Origin: Acholeplasmatales bacterium
Lineage (GTDB): Bacteria > Bacillota_I > Bacilli_A > Acholeplasmatales > Anaeroplasmataceae
Direction: 5' to 3'
Length of the DNA stretch: 64,000 nt
Assembly: GCA_024697825.1 (NCBI GenBank)
Contig: JAILEP010000043.1
Location: 9,176 to 73,175, forward strand
Part shown: positions 48,864 to 57,966 of the stretch, one piece after another
Layout: each line of letters opens with the position of its first letter
How positions within the stretch are numbered: position 1 is the first letter of the stretch
Made by a program: the position numbers and the translations under genes
Notes under the pieces: generated by a model
Seen by the model: only the letters and a program-made list of their open reading frames with translations
Database searches by the model: none
Told to the model about the DNA's origin: nothing

Positions 48864-49706
48864 TTACTCCTTAATAGCTTCGTATCCAGTAATATTTAAT
48901 GTTGTTTCACCATCAACCTGGATGGCGTTTGGTCTATTGAATTCAACCTTTATATGCTTGCCTGTAAATACAGTACAAATATCTGGGTGCTTCTTAATAT
49001 GCTCACCAGTAAAGATTGTTTTAAATGCTAAAATAGTTTTAAGTCTACTAGAACCATGTAAAACAACTAATGTTATTTTATCTGATAATCTATCCTGATC
49101 TGGGGCAATCATCATACCGCCACCATAAAATCTACCATTCATAGTAGCAGCAAGCCAAACCTTTTTAAATTTATACTCAACTCCATCAACTGTGACAGTT
49201 GCGGAAGTGCGTCTGTATTTATAAAGAAGAAGCTTTGCGGCAATAGTAGTATAATTAATCTTTTTACCCTGAGACTTTCTTTTATCAGCTATTTCACATA
49301 CAGTACCATCAAGACCATATCCAACATTATTTACAAAATACATTTCCTTATGCTTGATTTTAACCTTTGGCAAATGATTAGAATATTTATGTAATTCAAC
49401 TAAGCCCTCAGGCTTATTTAAATCATTTAAAAAATCATTACCAGTACCACCACCATAAAAGAATACCTTTCCTCTAAGTGGATATTGCTTCGATAGATTA
49501 CAGTAAAAATGCATTGTACCATCTCCACCAGTAAGCACAGTAGTATCATCATCAGTAGTATTAGCTGCAAATTCCTTAAAATCTAGCTTAGTAAAGTCAA
49601 AGGTCTTAATATCATGATATGTCTTTTCATATTCACTTATAAATTTATCCCTAGCCTTCATTCCCTGATTATTATCAGATGTAGGGTTATAAAGTAAATA
49701 AACCAT
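48864..49706 (-). CDS. Diacylglycerol kinase family lipid kinase
   Basis: LLYNPTS, GGDGT, GGTGNDF, YGGGM, QVDGE. Confidence 0.9.
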   Translation of the reverse strand: MVYLLYNPTSDNNQGMKARDKFISEYEKTYHDIKTFDFTKLDFKEFAANTTDDDTTVLTGGDGTMHFYCNLSKQYPLRGKVFFYGGGTGNDFLNDLNKPEGLVELHKYSNHLPKVKIKHKEMYFVNNVGYGLDGTVCEIADKRKSQGKKINYTTIAAKLLLYKYRRTSATVTVDGVEYKFKKVWLAATMNGRFYGGGMMIAPDQDRLSDKITLVVLHGSSRLKTILAFKTIFTGEHIKKHPDICTVFTGKHIKVEFNRPNAIQVDGETTLNITGYEAIKE

Positions 49707-50533
49707 TAAGCCTTTGTCCTTTCAAGATATTTTTCTTTAATCTTTTCCTGAATCATAGAAGAAAGCTCCTGAGTATTCATATCCTTATAATCCTCATACT
49801 TATAAACACCAACAACATCCATATAAACAGTTGTAGGCTTAAATGGCCATCTCTTATGAATCTCATCTGTATTAGCAAGTGATACTGCAACAATAGGGCA
49901 CTTAGCCTTTGTTGCGATCTTAAATGAGCCACTCTTAAATTCTAAAATAGGATCCTCAGTTTTATTTCTAGTACCCTCTGGGAAGATTACAACTGAAGTA
50001 ATTTGATTCTTAATAAAATTAGCTGCTTTAACAATTGATTTAACAGCTGCGAAGTCATCATCTCTAGGCATTGAAATATACCCACATCTCTTAATAAAAT
50101 TACCATAAACAGGCATCTTTAAATTAGATGGCTTAGATACATTGGCAATATTACCCTTAAAATAATAGCTAATAGGGAAAGGATCAAAATTTGATTTATG
50201 ATTAGAAATAATTAAGAACTTAGTATCATTTGGAACATTTTCCATTCCAGTTCTTTTAACTCTAATAAATGATAAGCCCATAATAACTCTAAAAGACTGC
50301 TTAATAAAAAATGCAGAAATAGGCTTTGGCTTAGTTATTTCCTTATCACTATAGAAGAATAATGAAATAAATGCCACTATTGCGATATAAATGCCAACTA
50401 CTAAAAGATAAGTAATAGGCAATAAAGCTACCATAATTAAATCCCAGTACCATAAATTATAGATACCAGTAAAATATGTTATAGAACCATTGACACAAAG
50501 TGCAATAATCCAAAAAATAATTACTAAAATCAT
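49706..50533 (-). CDS. plsC: 1-acyl-sn-glycerol-3-phosphate acyltransferase
   Basis: SNHKSNFD (HX4D), IFPEGTR, FKSGSFKIA. Confidence 0.9.
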   Translation of the reverse strand: MILVIIFWIIALCVNGSITYFTGIYNLWYWDLIMVALLPITYLLVVGIYIAIVAFISLFFYSDKEITKPKPISAFFIKQSFRVIMGLSFIRVKRTGMENVPNDTKFLIISNHKSNFDPFPISYYFKGNIANVSKPSNLKMPVYGNFIKRCGYISMPRDDDFAAVKSIVKAANFIKNQITSVVIFPEGTRNKTEDPILEFKSGSFKIATKAKCPIVAVSLANTDEIHKRWPFKPTTVYMDVVGVYKYEDYKDMNTQELSSMIQEKIKEKYLERTKA

Positions 50534-50635
50534 ATAATGATTTCCCCTTTAACAATAAACTGATTATATTCTAGCATTTTTTATTTAATTTTTCCATAAT
50601 TAGTGTATAATTGAGGAAAATGAGGTGTTTAGGAA

Positions 50636-51838
50636 ATGTTTTATATTTTTAATAATATTAAAGAAAAGGAAATCCTAGATTCTGTTTTAAGAGCTAGTGA
50701 AACATTAATACAATCTGATATTGATATAGCTATTTCTAATTTAGTAAGCTTTTCTACTAAGTGGAAAATGACAGGAAATCTATGGAAGAAATATGTTCTA
50801 TACACATTAGTTATGAATGATAATCCATATACTCGTGCAATTGAAAGAGGACAAAAGACAGAAGGCGAATCAGAATTTGCAGAGCATGACTTAAAGGAAT
50901 TTTATAATTTATATAATTTAAATGTTGATTTCTTAAATAAGGTAGCTAATTATAATTTCTTAAAGCTTACAGGAAGCCATCATTTAAGAGATTTAATTGA
51001 AGAAATTACAAATGATATTACTGATAATTCATTTGAAGCATTTAAAAAGGCTATTATTAAATTCTATACAGAAAAGGGATTAGCTGAAATGGCTATTTAT
51101 AAGGCATTTAGAGTAGAAGATGGTAATTTAATTCCTATTAAGCATGTCTTAGATGTTAATTTTATGGATTTAATTGGTTATGATTATCAAAAGGATTTAT
51201 TGAGAGCTAATACAGAAGCCTTCCTATCTGATAAGCCATTTAATAATGTTTTATTATATGGAGATGCAGGTACAGGTAAGTCTACATCTATTAAGGCATT
51301 AATTAATGAATATTATCCAAGAGGCTTAAGAATTATTGAGGTATATAAGCATCAGATGCAAGAAATTGCAAAGATTATTAATACCTTAAAGTCTAGACCA
51401 TATTATTATATTATTTATATGGATGATTTAAGCTTTGAGGAAAATGAAATTGGTTATAAATATTTAAAGAGCATCATTGAAGGTGGTATTGAGCCAAAGC
51501 CTGCTAATGTTGCAGTATATGCAACAAGTAACCGTAAGCATTTAATCAAGGAAACTACAGCTGATAATGGTGGCGTATTTGATGATTTACATAGAAATGA
51601 AACACAGGCAGAAAAGCTTTCTCTTGCCTATAGATTTGGTCTTCAAATTTTCTATTCTTCACTATCTCCAATGGAGTTTAAGAATATGGTATTAGAGCTT
51701 GCAAAGCGTAATGATATTGAGCTTGATGAAAAGACTTTATTAATGGAGGCTAATCGTTTCCAGATGTCTAATGGTACATTATCTGGTAGAACTGCAAGCC
51801 AGTTTATATCATATATTTCTGAAGCTTATAAAAATTAA
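50636..51838 (+). CDS. DUF815-family AAA+ ATPase
   Basis: NNVLLYGDAGTGKSTSIK, YMDDLSFE, YATSNRKHL, EKLSLAYRFGL, SGRTA.QF. Confidence 0.9.
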   Translation: MFYIFNNIKEKEILDSVLRASETLIQSDIDIAISNLVSFSTKWKMTGNLWKKYVLYTLVMNDNPYTRAIERGQKTEGESEFAEHDLKEFYNLYNLNVDFLNKVANYNFLKLTGSHHLRDLIEEITNDITDNSFEAFKKAIIKFYTEKGLAEMAIYKAFRVEDGNLIPIKHVLDVNFMDLIGYDYQKDLLRANTEAFLSDKPFNNVLLYGDAGTGKSTSIKALINEYYPRGLRIIEVYKHQMQEIAKIINTLKSRPYYYIIYMDDLSFEENEIGYKYLKSIIEGGIEPKPANVAVYATSNRKHLIKETTADNGGVFDDLHRNETQAEKLSLAYRFGLQIFYSSLSPMEFKNMVLELAKRNDIELDEKTLLMEANRFQMSNGTLSGRTASQFISYISEAYKN

Positions 51839-51855
51839 ATTTGTTTAAAAACACA

Positions 51856-51884
51856 AATTACCGAAGAAAATTCGGTAATTTTTT
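51856..51884 (+). terminator. Intrinsic terminator
   Basis: aattaccgaa-gaaaa-ttcggtaatt-tttt. Confidence 0.75.
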
Positions 51885-51916
51885 ATTAATTTCTTGAAAA
51901 AATATTCAAAAAGCGG

Positions 51917-51944
51917 TTGACACGAATAAAATTTTGATTATAAT
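51917..51944 (+). promoter_or_regulatory. Sigma-A promoter of the T-box/asnB leader
   Basis: TTGACA-16 bp-TATAAT. Confidence 0.75.
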
Positions 51945-51949
51945 TTGAA

Positions 51950-52218
51950 GCATAAAGACGAAGAAAAGGAAAAGTAACCTTGATACTTATCTTTAGCGAG
52001 CTGCGTATGGTGGAAGGCAGCAGATGAGCCATGGTGAAGAACACCTTTGAGTCGCATACTGAAATTCTTAAAGTAGGATATGCCGGGTAGCCCGTTACAG
52101 CTTATATCTTTGTTAGAAGATGAAAAAGGGGATCATTTGAACATAGTGATCAAGTTAGGTGGCACCGCGGATATACAGCTATTCGTCCTATATTTTAGGA
52201 TAGATAGCTGTTTTTTTT
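51950..52218 (+). ncRNA. T-box riboswitch, Asn specifier (AAC)
   Basis: gagctg and gtggaag stem I motifs, GAAG-AAC-ACC (AAC at 52040-52042), gcccgtta, T-box AGGTGGCACCGCG (52157-52169), 3' ttcgtcc antiterminator arm, terminator 52175-52218. Confidence 0.9.
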
Positions 52219-52240
52219 ATTATTTCGGAGGGGGATTAAT

Positions 52241-53821
52241 ATGTGTTCAATTTTAGGTTTAGAAAAAAGAGAAAAGGATATGACAGAGGTTGCAGAATAT
52301 TTTGCAAGAAGTGATTCTAGAGGTCCAGATGGAACTAGATTCTTTGAAAAGGATTCTGTCGTATTAGGATTTAAGAGACTATCAATTATGGGTCTTAATA
52401 TCTTAGGTATGCAGCCATTTGTAATGGATGAATCTGCAGTTGTATGTAATGGTGAATTATACGGCTTTAGAAAAATGAAGGACGAATTAATTTCTAAGGG
52501 CTATAAATTTAAGAGTGATTCAGATTGTGAAATCATTTTACCTTTATATAAGGAATATGGCTTAAAATTCTTCTCAATGCTTGATGCAGAATTTGCAATG
52601 GTTATTTATGATGCAGAAAAGAAGCTATTAATTGCAGGTAGAGACCCTATTGGTATTAGACCACTTTATTATGGATATTCAAAGGAAACTGGCGGTATTG
52701 TGTTTGGTTCAGAGCCAAAGATTATTGTCGATATCGTTGATAAGGTTTTACCTTTCCCACCAGGACATTTCTATGTAGATGGTGAATTTGTTCAGTATGC
52801 AAACCTTACTGATGTAGAGCCTATTCATACTGATATGGATGAGATTTTAACATCTATTCATGATAAGCTTGAGGCTGGTGTATTAAAGAGACTTGATGCC
52901 GATGCAAAGGTAGGATACTTATTATCAGGCGGTCTTGATTCAAGCTTAGTATGCTCAATTGCTCAGAAGCATTCCTCTAAGCCAATTGAGACTTTTGCAA
53001 TTGGTATGAAGAAGGACGCAATCGACCTTAAGTATGCTAAGGAGGTTGCAGATTACCTACATTCTAACCATCATGAAATTATTATTACAAGAGAAGATGT
53101 ATTATCATCACTTGAAAAGGTAATTCAGGTTTTAGGTACATATGATATTACAACTATTCGTGCATCTATGGGTATGTATTTAATTTGTAAGGCTATTTCT
53201 GAAACTACAGATATTAGAGTATTATTAACTGGTGAAATTTCAGATGAGCTATTTGGCTATAAATATACAGATTTCGCTCCAAACGCAGAGGAATTTCAAA
53301 AGGAAGCTAAGAAGAGAATTGATGAAATTCATATGTATGATGTACTTCGTGCAGATAGATGTATTTCAGCTAACTCTTTAGAGGCTAGAGTCCCATTTGG
53401 TGATTTAGATTTCGTTAAATATGTAATGGAAATTGATCCTGAAATTAAGATGAATAAATATGGCAAGGGTAAATATTTATTAAGAAAGGCCTTTGAGGGT
53501 GATTATTTACCTCATGATATTCTATTTAGAGAAAAGGCAGCCTTTAGTGATGCCGTAGGTCATTCAATGGTTGATGATTTAAAGGAATATGCAGAAAGTC
53601 AGTATACAGATCAAGAATTTGAAGAAAAGTGTAAGAAGTATACTCATGCTAGACCATTTACTAAGGAATCATTATTATATAGAGAAATTTTTGAAAAATA
53701 TTATCCTGGTCAGTCTGAAATGGTTAAGGATTTCTGGATGCCTAACAAGTCTTGGGAGGGCTGTGATGTAAATGACCCATCAGCTAGAGTATTATCTAAC
53801 TATGGTGATTCAGCTAAGTAA
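52241..53821 (+). CDS. asnB: Asparagine synthase (glutamine-hydrolysing)
   Basis: MCS N-terminal Cys, RGPD, NGELY, RDPIGIRPL, LSGGLDSS, TGEISDELFGY, LEARVPF. Confidence 0.95.
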   Translation: MCSILGLEKREKDMTEVAEYFARSDSRGPDGTRFFEKDSVVLGFKRLSIMGLNILGMQPFVMDESAVVCNGELYGFRKMKDELISKGYKFKSDSDCEIILPLYKEYGLKFFSMLDAEFAMVIYDAEKKLLIAGRDPIGIRPLYYGYSKETGGIVFGSEPKIIVDIVDKVLPFPPGHFYVDGEFVQYANLTDVEPIHTDMDEILTSIHDKLEAGVLKRLDADAKVGYLLSGGLDSSLVCSIAQKHSSKPIETFAIGMKKDAIDLKYAKEVADYLHSNHHEIIITREDVLSSLEKVIQVLGTYDITTIRASMGMYLICKAISETTDIRVLLTGEISDELFGYKYTDFAPNAEEFQKEAKKRIDEIHMYDVLRADRCISANSLEARVPFGDLDFVKYVMEIDPEIKMNKYGKGKYLLRKAFEGDYLPHDILFREKAAFSDAVGHSMVDDLKEYAESQYTDQEFEEKCKKYTHARPFTKESLLYREIFEKYYPGQSEMVKDFWMPNKSWEGCDVNDPSARVLSNYGDSAK

Positions 53822-53824
53822 TAG

Positions 53825-53844
53825 AAAGCGCAAATGCGCTTTTT
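53825..53844 (+). terminator. Intrinsic terminator of asnB
   Basis: aaagcgca-aa-tgcgcttt-tt. Confidence 0.7.
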
Positions 53845-53907
53845 ATTTTTTGATAAAGAAAAATATGATATAATAGAATAAAGATTTAAACGTTAGGTGG
53901 TTTTATT

Positions 53908-54789
53908 ATGGTATTTTTAGAAAATGATCTATTAAAGATTCAAATTAATTTAGAGGGAGGATGTCTACATTCAATTTATGATAAGGCTCGAAATACAGAG
54001 CTTTTATATCAGCCAGATGGAAGAGGCTGGTTGGGTCAGGATGTTGTAATATTCCCTTTTATTGCGCGTCTTAAGAATGGTTCATATACAGTTAATGGTA
54101 ATGAATATGAAATGAAGAACCATGGTATTGTTAGATATTCTAAGATGAGCATTAAAGAGGCAAAGCCAACTGAGGCAATTTTATATTTAGATTCTAGTGA
54201 TGAAACATTAGCTCAATACCCTTATAAATTTCATTTTGAGGTTAAATATGTTCTAGATGAAAATACATTATCAGTAAGATATAAGATTGTAAATACTGAT
54301 GATAAGCCTATTTATTATGAATTTGGTGGTCATCCAGCAATTCAGGTAGATGGCCATAATACTGAGCATGATTTCGTTATTGAAAATACTATTTTAGAAA
54401 TATCAGCTGATACTGAAACAGACCGTTATTTCTTAGAGGATTCAGGTTCATATATTACAAGCAAATCTAAGGTTATGGTGCCTTCAGAGCTTGTTATTAA
54501 TAAAAAGCTTATTGAGGATGCTAAAACATTTATTATAGATGCTAGAAATATCAATGAATGTATTTTAAAAACTAGAGGCTATCGTTTCTTTTTTGACATC
54601 AAGGAGGCTCAGGTTTTAGCTCTTTGGACTTCTCCAGGCTTTGGCGATTTCTTATGCGTAGAGCCTTGGTGGGGTATTCCTGATATTTTAAATCCAAACA
54701 CAGAATTAAAGCTTAAGCCAATGATTCACTCTCTAAAGCCAGAAGAAAGTGAGGAAAAGGGATATTCAGTAAGTATATCTCTTGAATAG
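53908..54789 (+). CDS. Aldose 1-epimerase family (LacX-like)
   Basis: ELLYQPD…W.GQ…IFP…RLK, HG..R, YPYKFHFEVKY, GGHP, FLCVEPWWG. Confidence 0.9.
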   Translation: MVFLENDLLKIQINLEGGCLHSIYDKARNTELLYQPDGRGWLGQDVVIFPFIARLKNGSYTVNGNEYEMKNHGIVRYSKMSIKEAKPTEAILYLDSSDETLAQYPYKFHFEVKYVLDENTLSVRYKIVNTDDKPIYYEFGGHPAIQVDGHNTEHDFVIENTILEISADTETDRYFLEDSGSYITSKSKVMVPSELVINKKLIEDAKTFIIDARNINECILKTRGYRFFFDIKEAQVLALWTSPGFGDFLCVEPWWGIPDILNPNTELKLKPMIHSLKPEESEEKGYSVSISLE

Positions 54790-54793
54790 TGTT

Positions 54794-55882
54794 ATGAAAG
54801 ATTTAATTAGTCAATACGAAAAAAAGGTCGAAAAATTTGATTATAAATATTTTTTAGATCGTAAGCAATATCAAATTGCAAGTGCACTTTCTGCACTGCT
54901 TGCGACAATATCTATTACCAATGCTTATTATGAGGAAGAAGGAAATTTAACTGAGGATGAATATATTTTAAGATTATATGCCTTACTTCAGGGCTTATTT
55001 GTCTCTGTCGATGCTTTATATTCATTAGCATATTCATTAACCAATTCTAAGAATTTCATCAATATCAACAATAACCCTCATATGAGAAATTTAAGATATG
55101 TTAGAAATAATGTTGTAGGTCATCCTGCCAATAGAATTATTGGAGTAAAGGAGGTAGCCTATTGTATTTTAGATATGAATAGGGTATCTAAAAATTTCTT
55201 TACATACAATATTTATACAAAGGACAATATTAAGACTGTCACAATCGATATTAATGAGCTTGTGGCATCATTCTTTAAGGAATCAAATACCTTACTAGAT
55301 GAATTATATAATATCTCTCTTAAGAGCCTTAATTCAGCACCTCTTAAGACTGCAATTACTCAAACTTTAGATGGCTATTATCGAAATGGTCATTTTATAG
55401 AGAATTTAAATAAATTTATTGATGCGTATGTCAAGGAATATCCTAAGGCAAAGAAGGAGCAGCACCGTATTTTATGGCGTTATGAGCTTATTTTAAAGCT
55501 TGATGCAATTTCTAATAAGAATCAGAATTTAACTGATGTAATTGATTATTGTATAGGTCTTGAATTAAATAAGATTTATAAGCTAATTTATGGTAAGGAT
55601 TATAAGCATAGAGCTGATTTTGAATTACCATCAATGATTTTATCTCTTTATAGATTCTTTAATAGAAATCCTGAATTTATTCCATATATTGACCATTTAA
55701 AGGATAGTGATGATCCGTTATTCTTTGAATCACTTAAGGCAGTATATGAGGGTGCTTCATTAAAGAAAATGCAGGGGGCAATGGACTACTTAGGCTTCCT
55801 TATTACCTTGTTCATGGGTAATGCCTGGGACATGATTTATGCCATTGCACTACCTATATCAGAGTATAAAAAGAAAAAATAG
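54794..55882 (+). CDS. Hypothetical protein with HEPN-like RxxxxxH motif
   Basis: LYALLQGLFVSVDAL…LRYVRNNVVGHP (RNNVVGH at 55103-55123). Predicted helical. Alternative TTG start at 54782. Confidence 0.6.
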   Translation: MKDLISQYEKKVEKFDYKYFLDRKQYQIASALSALLATISITNAYYEEEGNLTEDEYILRLYALLQGLFVSVDALYSLAYSLTNSKNFININNNPHMRNLRYVRNNVVGHPANRIIGVKEVAYCILDMNRVSKNFFTYNIYTKDNIKTVTIDINELVASFFKESNTLLDELYNISLKSLNSAPLKTAITQTLDGYYRNGHFIENLNKFIDAYVKEYPKAKKEQHRILWRYELILKLDAISNKNQNLTDVIDYCIGLELNKIYKLIYGKDYKHRADFELPSMILSLYRFFNRNPEFIPYIDHLKDSDDPLFFESLKAVYEGASLKKMQGAMDYLGFLITLFMGNAWDMIYAIALPISEYKKKK

Positions 55883-55989
55883 CGTTTTCCTAACAAAATA
55901 AGTTGTGTTTTCCACTTTACAAGGTTTTTACTAGTTTGATATAATATTCAAGGTTTTTTTAAAAATATAATGCAAGGGGAAATTAAAAA

Positions 55990-57822
55990 ATGGAAATTAG
56001 AAATGTTGCAATCATTGCCCATGTTGACCATGGTAAAACTACATTAGTTGATAAGCTATTATATTCATCTCATACATTTAGAGAGAATCAGGTAGTAGAT
56101 GTAAGAGTTATGGATTCAAATGCCATCGAAAAGGAAAGAGGTATTACAATCCTAGCTAAGAATACAGCTATCACTTATAAGGACACTAAAATCAATATCC
56201 TAGATACACCAGGACATGCCGACTTCTCAGGTGAGGTTGAGCGAATCATGAAGATGGTAGATGGTGTAGTATTAGTTGTTGATGCATATGAAGGTACAAT
56301 GCCACAGACTAGATTCGTTTTAAAGAAGGCTTTCGAGGCTAACTTAAAGCCAATCGTAGTTATCAATAAGGTAGATAAGCCAAGTGCTAGACCTTTAGAG
56401 GTTATTGATGAGGTTTTAGAGCTTTTCATCGACTTAGGATGCGATGAGGATGCATTAGATTTCCCTGTTTGCTTTGCAAGTGCCGTAAATAATACATGCT
56501 CACTTGACCCAGATCCTTCAACTCAGAAGGAGGGTATGGAGCCACTTCTTGATATGATTATTAAGGAGATTCCTGCACCAGCTCATGATGAAGAGGCACC
56601 TTTACAGCTTCAGCCAGCATTACTTGATTATACAGATTTCGTTGGTCGTATCGGTATTGGTAGAATTACTCGTGGTACAGTTCATAATGGTGAGGTTGTA
56701 TCTTGCTGCAGACTAGATGGTTCAATTAAGCAGTTTAGAATCCAGAAGCTATTTGGCTTCCAGGGCCTAGATAGAATTGAAATTCAGGAAGGCAAGGCTG
56801 GTGATATCGTTGCAGTTTCAGGCTTAGGCGATATTTCAGTTGGTGAAACAATTTGTACAGTTGGTAAGGAAGAGCCACTTGAGAAGATCAATATCTCTGA
56901 GCCAACAGTTCAGATGACATTCGGTACTAATACATCTCCATTCTGTGGTAAGGATGGTAAGCTAGTTACAGCATCTAAGATTGAAGAAAGATTATTCCGT
57001 GAGGTTCAAAAGGATGTATCCCTTAAGGTTACAAGAATTGATAAGGCTGAGGAATGGATCGTTGCTGGACGTGGTGAGCTTCATTTAGGTATTTTAATTG
57101 AAAACATGAGAAGAGAAGGATATGAATTCCAGGTATCTCGTCCTCATGTAATTTATAAGACTATCGATGGTGTTGAATGTGAGCCATACGAGGAGTGCGT
57201 AATTGACTGTCCAAATGAATATTCTGGTGCAGTTATCGAAATGATGGGTAACCGTCATGGTATTATGGAAACTATGTCTAATACTGAGACACAGACAAGA
57301 GTTATTTACTCAATTCCATCTCGTGGCTTAATCGGCTTCAATACTGATTTCATGACTATTACTAAGGGTTATGGTATTATTAACCACAGCTTCTCTGAAT
57401 ATAGACCTGTTGAGGCAGTAAATGTTGCAGAAAGAGTATCAGGTGTACTTGTTTCTATGGCTGCAGGTCAGTCAACTGCTTATGCAATTGGCCATCTAGA
57501 GGATAGAGGTCAGATGTTCATCGCTCCAGGTGAGCAGATTTATGAGGGTATGATTGTTGGTTGGGCTAATAAGGATATCGATTTAGCTATCAATGTTGTA
57601 CAGGCTAAGCAGCAGACAAATACTCGTTCATCTAACAAGGATAATACTGTAGTATTAAAGAAGCCTTTAGTATTCTCACTTGAGGCATGCCTTGAGTTCA
57701 TTAATGAGGATGAATTAGTTGAGGTTACTCCTAACCACATCAGATTAAGAAAGAAGATTCTTGATACTGTTGAGCGTAAGAAGTATGATGCAAAGCAGAG
57801 AGCTTTAAAGGAAGAAAATTAA
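55990..57822 (+). CDS. typA: Translational GTPase TypA/BipA
   Basis: IAHVDHGKTT, EKERGITILAKNT, DTPGHADF, NKVD, GRGELHL, VEVTP..IRLRK. Confidence 0.98.
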   Translation: MEIRNVAIIAHVDHGKTTLVDKLLYSSHTFRENQVVDVRVMDSNAIEKERGITILAKNTAITYKDTKINILDTPGHADFSGEVERIMKMVDGVVLVVDAYEGTMPQTRFVLKKAFEANLKPIVVINKVDKPSARPLEVIDEVLELFIDLGCDEDALDFPVCFASAVNNTCSLDPDPSTQKEGMEPLLDMIIKEIPAPAHDEEAPLQLQPALLDYTDFVGRIGIGRITRGTVHNGEVVSCCRLDGSIKQFRIQKLFGFQGLDRIEIQEGKAGDIVAVSGLGDISVGETICTVGKEEPLEKINISEPTVQMTFGTNTSPFCGKDGKLVTASKIEERLFREVQKDVSLKVTRIDKAEEWIVAGRGELHLGILIENMRREGYEFQVSRPHVIYKTIDGVECEPYEECVIDCPNEYSGAVIEMMGNRHGIMETMSNTETQTRVIYSIPSRGLIGFNTDFMTITKGYGIINHSFSEYRPVEAVNVAERVSGVLVSMAAGQSTAYAIGHLEDRGQMFIAPGEQIYEGMIVGWANKDIDLAINVVQAKQQTNTRSSNKDNTVVLKKPLVFSLEACLEFINEDELVEVTPNHIRLRKKILDTVERKKYDAKQRALKEEN

Positions 57823-57833
57823 TAGACAAAATT

Positions 57834-57881
57834 AAAAGAACTGATTTCATTAGCATATTATGCAGAAATCAGTTCTTTTTT
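57834..57881 (+). terminator. Intrinsic terminator of typA
   Basis: aaaagaactgatttc…gaaatcagttcttttt. Confidence 0.8.
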
Positions 57882-57966
57882 CTTTTTGGACGCTTTACCT
57901 TTATTGAAATAAAGGTTAAGATTTGGTATAATATTGTAAAGTTTCTGTTTATTGGAGGAAAAGGTT

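Noticed and set aside
51884-51900. CodY-like boxes upstream of asnB, pepD and yycJ
   Set aside because: 3-4 mismatches to AATTTTCWGAAAATT in an AT-rich background is not discriminating.
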